Source of the DNA: Malacoraja senta
Lineage: Eukaryota
Assembly (NCBI GenBank): GCA_038087875.1
Contig: JAXLNO010005338.1
Location: 1 to 64,000, forward strand
Direction: 5' to 3'
Length of the DNA: 64,000 nucleotides
Below are positions 62,211-64,000 of this stretch, one piece after another. The position numbers were made by a program, and so were the translations under genes. The notes under the pieces are model-generated. The model was not told the DNA's origin. It saw only the letters and a list, made by a program, of their open reading frames with translations, and did not search any database. The stretch's first letter is position 1, and the number at the start of each line of letters is the position of its first letter.

Positions 62211-64000
62211 AACTGTTTAAAAAACTCAGGGTGATCAATATTTGGTGCACAGACATTCACCAAAGCCACTTTTTGCCTAAAAAGGACAGCGGTAATCACC
62301 AAGAATCTGCCATATGGATCAGAAATTGTTTCATGGTGAACAAACGGAATTGAGGGGTCGATAAAAATAGAGACTCCTTTCACCTTAGCCTGTGAATTTG
62401 AATGAAACTGCTGTCCTCTCCAAAACTTGAAAAATCGTGACTTGTCTTCTTGCCTTACATGAGTTTCCTGAACAAAGATAATCTGAGCATTTAGTCTGTG
62501 AAGAACTTTTTAAAAAAAATCCTCTTAATGGGATGGTTCAAGCCATGAAAGGAATTCCATGGTTCAATTCCATGAAAGGAACTTTATCCATATTGCTTGT
62601 AAAAATCATGTGGGATGTAATGGGTTAATTTCTTGAAGCCTAAAAGTTCATAATACTGGAAGAAGAAAAATCTAGGGCGGAGCCAGGTGACGACATTTCA
62701 GCCAATTTTGTAGTTCAGAATTTGCACAAATGGAGATCACTAAATAGGGAACAAAAGACCCCTCCCCCCTCCCCCCTCCCACCCCTGTAGAACCCCAAAC
62801 TGACCAAAAGACAGTCAGCAAACTACCTAATCCCCTCCCCAATCCCATCTCTCCCAGTAACAGCGCTAGGCATAAACAGAATAATATTTAACCACTACCT
62901 CATAACACATTCGTTATTATCTCTTTGAGAGAGAAAAAAAATACAGACTGGCATGAAATGCTGCTTATTATTATCCAAGGTCAAGATATGAAAAACAAGA
63001 ACTGCGTTCTCTTAGTTTGTCTAACGACAGGGGAACACGAATTAACAAAGAAATTCTTAAAAGAATATATATAAAAGAAAAACAACTCGTCCAGTTAAAT
63101 TCTTAATCATTACCAAACGAAATGTTGTCAAAATAGGAACAGTAAATCTCCAATTATAACTTAATCAGCTATCAATTACTCCCCTTCCTCGTCGTAGCTC
63201 TTCAGAAAGCTGGAGGCGTCTTGAGGACTGTTAAAAAATCGAAAGTTACCATTGAAAAGCCGAATCTAGCTGGTGATAATAAAGCTGGGCGCAGTTTTTC
63301 TTATATAAATCAGACATTACATTATAAAAAGTCTTTCTTATTTCCAAAAGCTCGTAACTATAATCAGGGACAAACCGAAACTTACATCCTTCATATTCAA
63401 CCACACCAAACTTTTTTGCTGCCTGGAGAATATTCTCGTTCATTTGAAAAAAATGAAACCGAATGATCAAGTGTCTCGGTTTATTACCGGATCTCTTCCC
63501 AATCCTGTGTGCGTTATCCATGAACGGAAGGTTTTCATTGTGCTCAATGTTGAATGTTTCCTTTATCATTTTAGAAGCATATTTTATAACATTATCTCCT
63601 TCTTGGCCTTCCGGCAAACCAACAATTCGTCAATTCAAACGATGGCTTCTGTTTTCTAAGTCCATATTTTTAGACTTGTATTGCTGAAGTGTTTTCATTC
63701 ATTCTCCGTTCCAATTTTTCAATCTTCAAATCTCTCTCCTGTCCCAGGGTGCGCAAGATATCAATTTGATCCTTTTGTTCACGAAGTTCATCTTGTAACA
63801 AAGACAGTTTTCCTTGGACTTCTTTCACCATTTCTTCCAAACTGCCAAATCTTGTTTTCATTTCATTTTTCAGCTCATTTTTCAATTCATCGTTCATTTT
63901 TGATATTGCTTCTATGATGCTGCAATCAGAAGCTGCAGCTGTGGTTGTGGCTTTCCCCAGTTCCTTCTTTGGGGATCCTCCTTTCCTTCTTGTCTCCATC
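62211..64000 (-). mobile_element. L1 family B, 5' part (B3): ORF2 start, spacer and ORF1
   Basis: Repeats B 43070-43488, then continues into new B sequence; minus ORFs 63670..63999 and 63246..63617 together form a frameshifted ORF1p (coiled coil, LENRSHR.NCRIVGLPEG..NAHRIG..PRHLIIRF..RFVPDY). Confidence 0.93.

Overview
Eukaryotic, repeat-dense vertebrate genomic DNA, most likely a cartilaginous fish such as a skate or ray. This is inferred from the repeat set: HER1-type CR1 LINEs, V-SINEs, Rex/Babar remnants, Penelope elements with minimal hammerheads and AT-rich L1s. The only host-gene sequence I can recognise is two phase-1 exons of an MHC class I-type heavy chain on the + strand: an alpha3 Ig-C1 exon (29055-29321) and a connecting-peptide/TM exon (35730-35834). 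I found no alpha1/alpha2 exon in the 29 kb upstream. The alpha3 exon sits between two near-identical CR1 copies in inverted orientation. Bases 5.3-14.7 kb are an old, diverged triplication. Bases 39.3-64 kb are a 25-kb nest in which one minus-strand L1 (family B) was hit three times by a plus-strand L1 (family A). One event left a ~419-bp target duplication, one appears to be a chimeric insertion that tandemly duplicated ~3 kb, and one is a full-length insertion with a 15-17-bp TSD. In all three family-A copies the inter-ORF spacer carries an open 85-86-codon ORF whose stop overlaps the ORF2 start (AUG-CA-UGA), with a UGGGA motif 43 nt upstream; this resembles calicivirus TURBS termination-reinitiation and is offered only as a hypothesis. 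There is one 438-N assembly gap. No CRISPR, rRNA or intact tRNA gene was seen. All alignments and difference counts were done by eye, and old-repeat boundaries are approximate.
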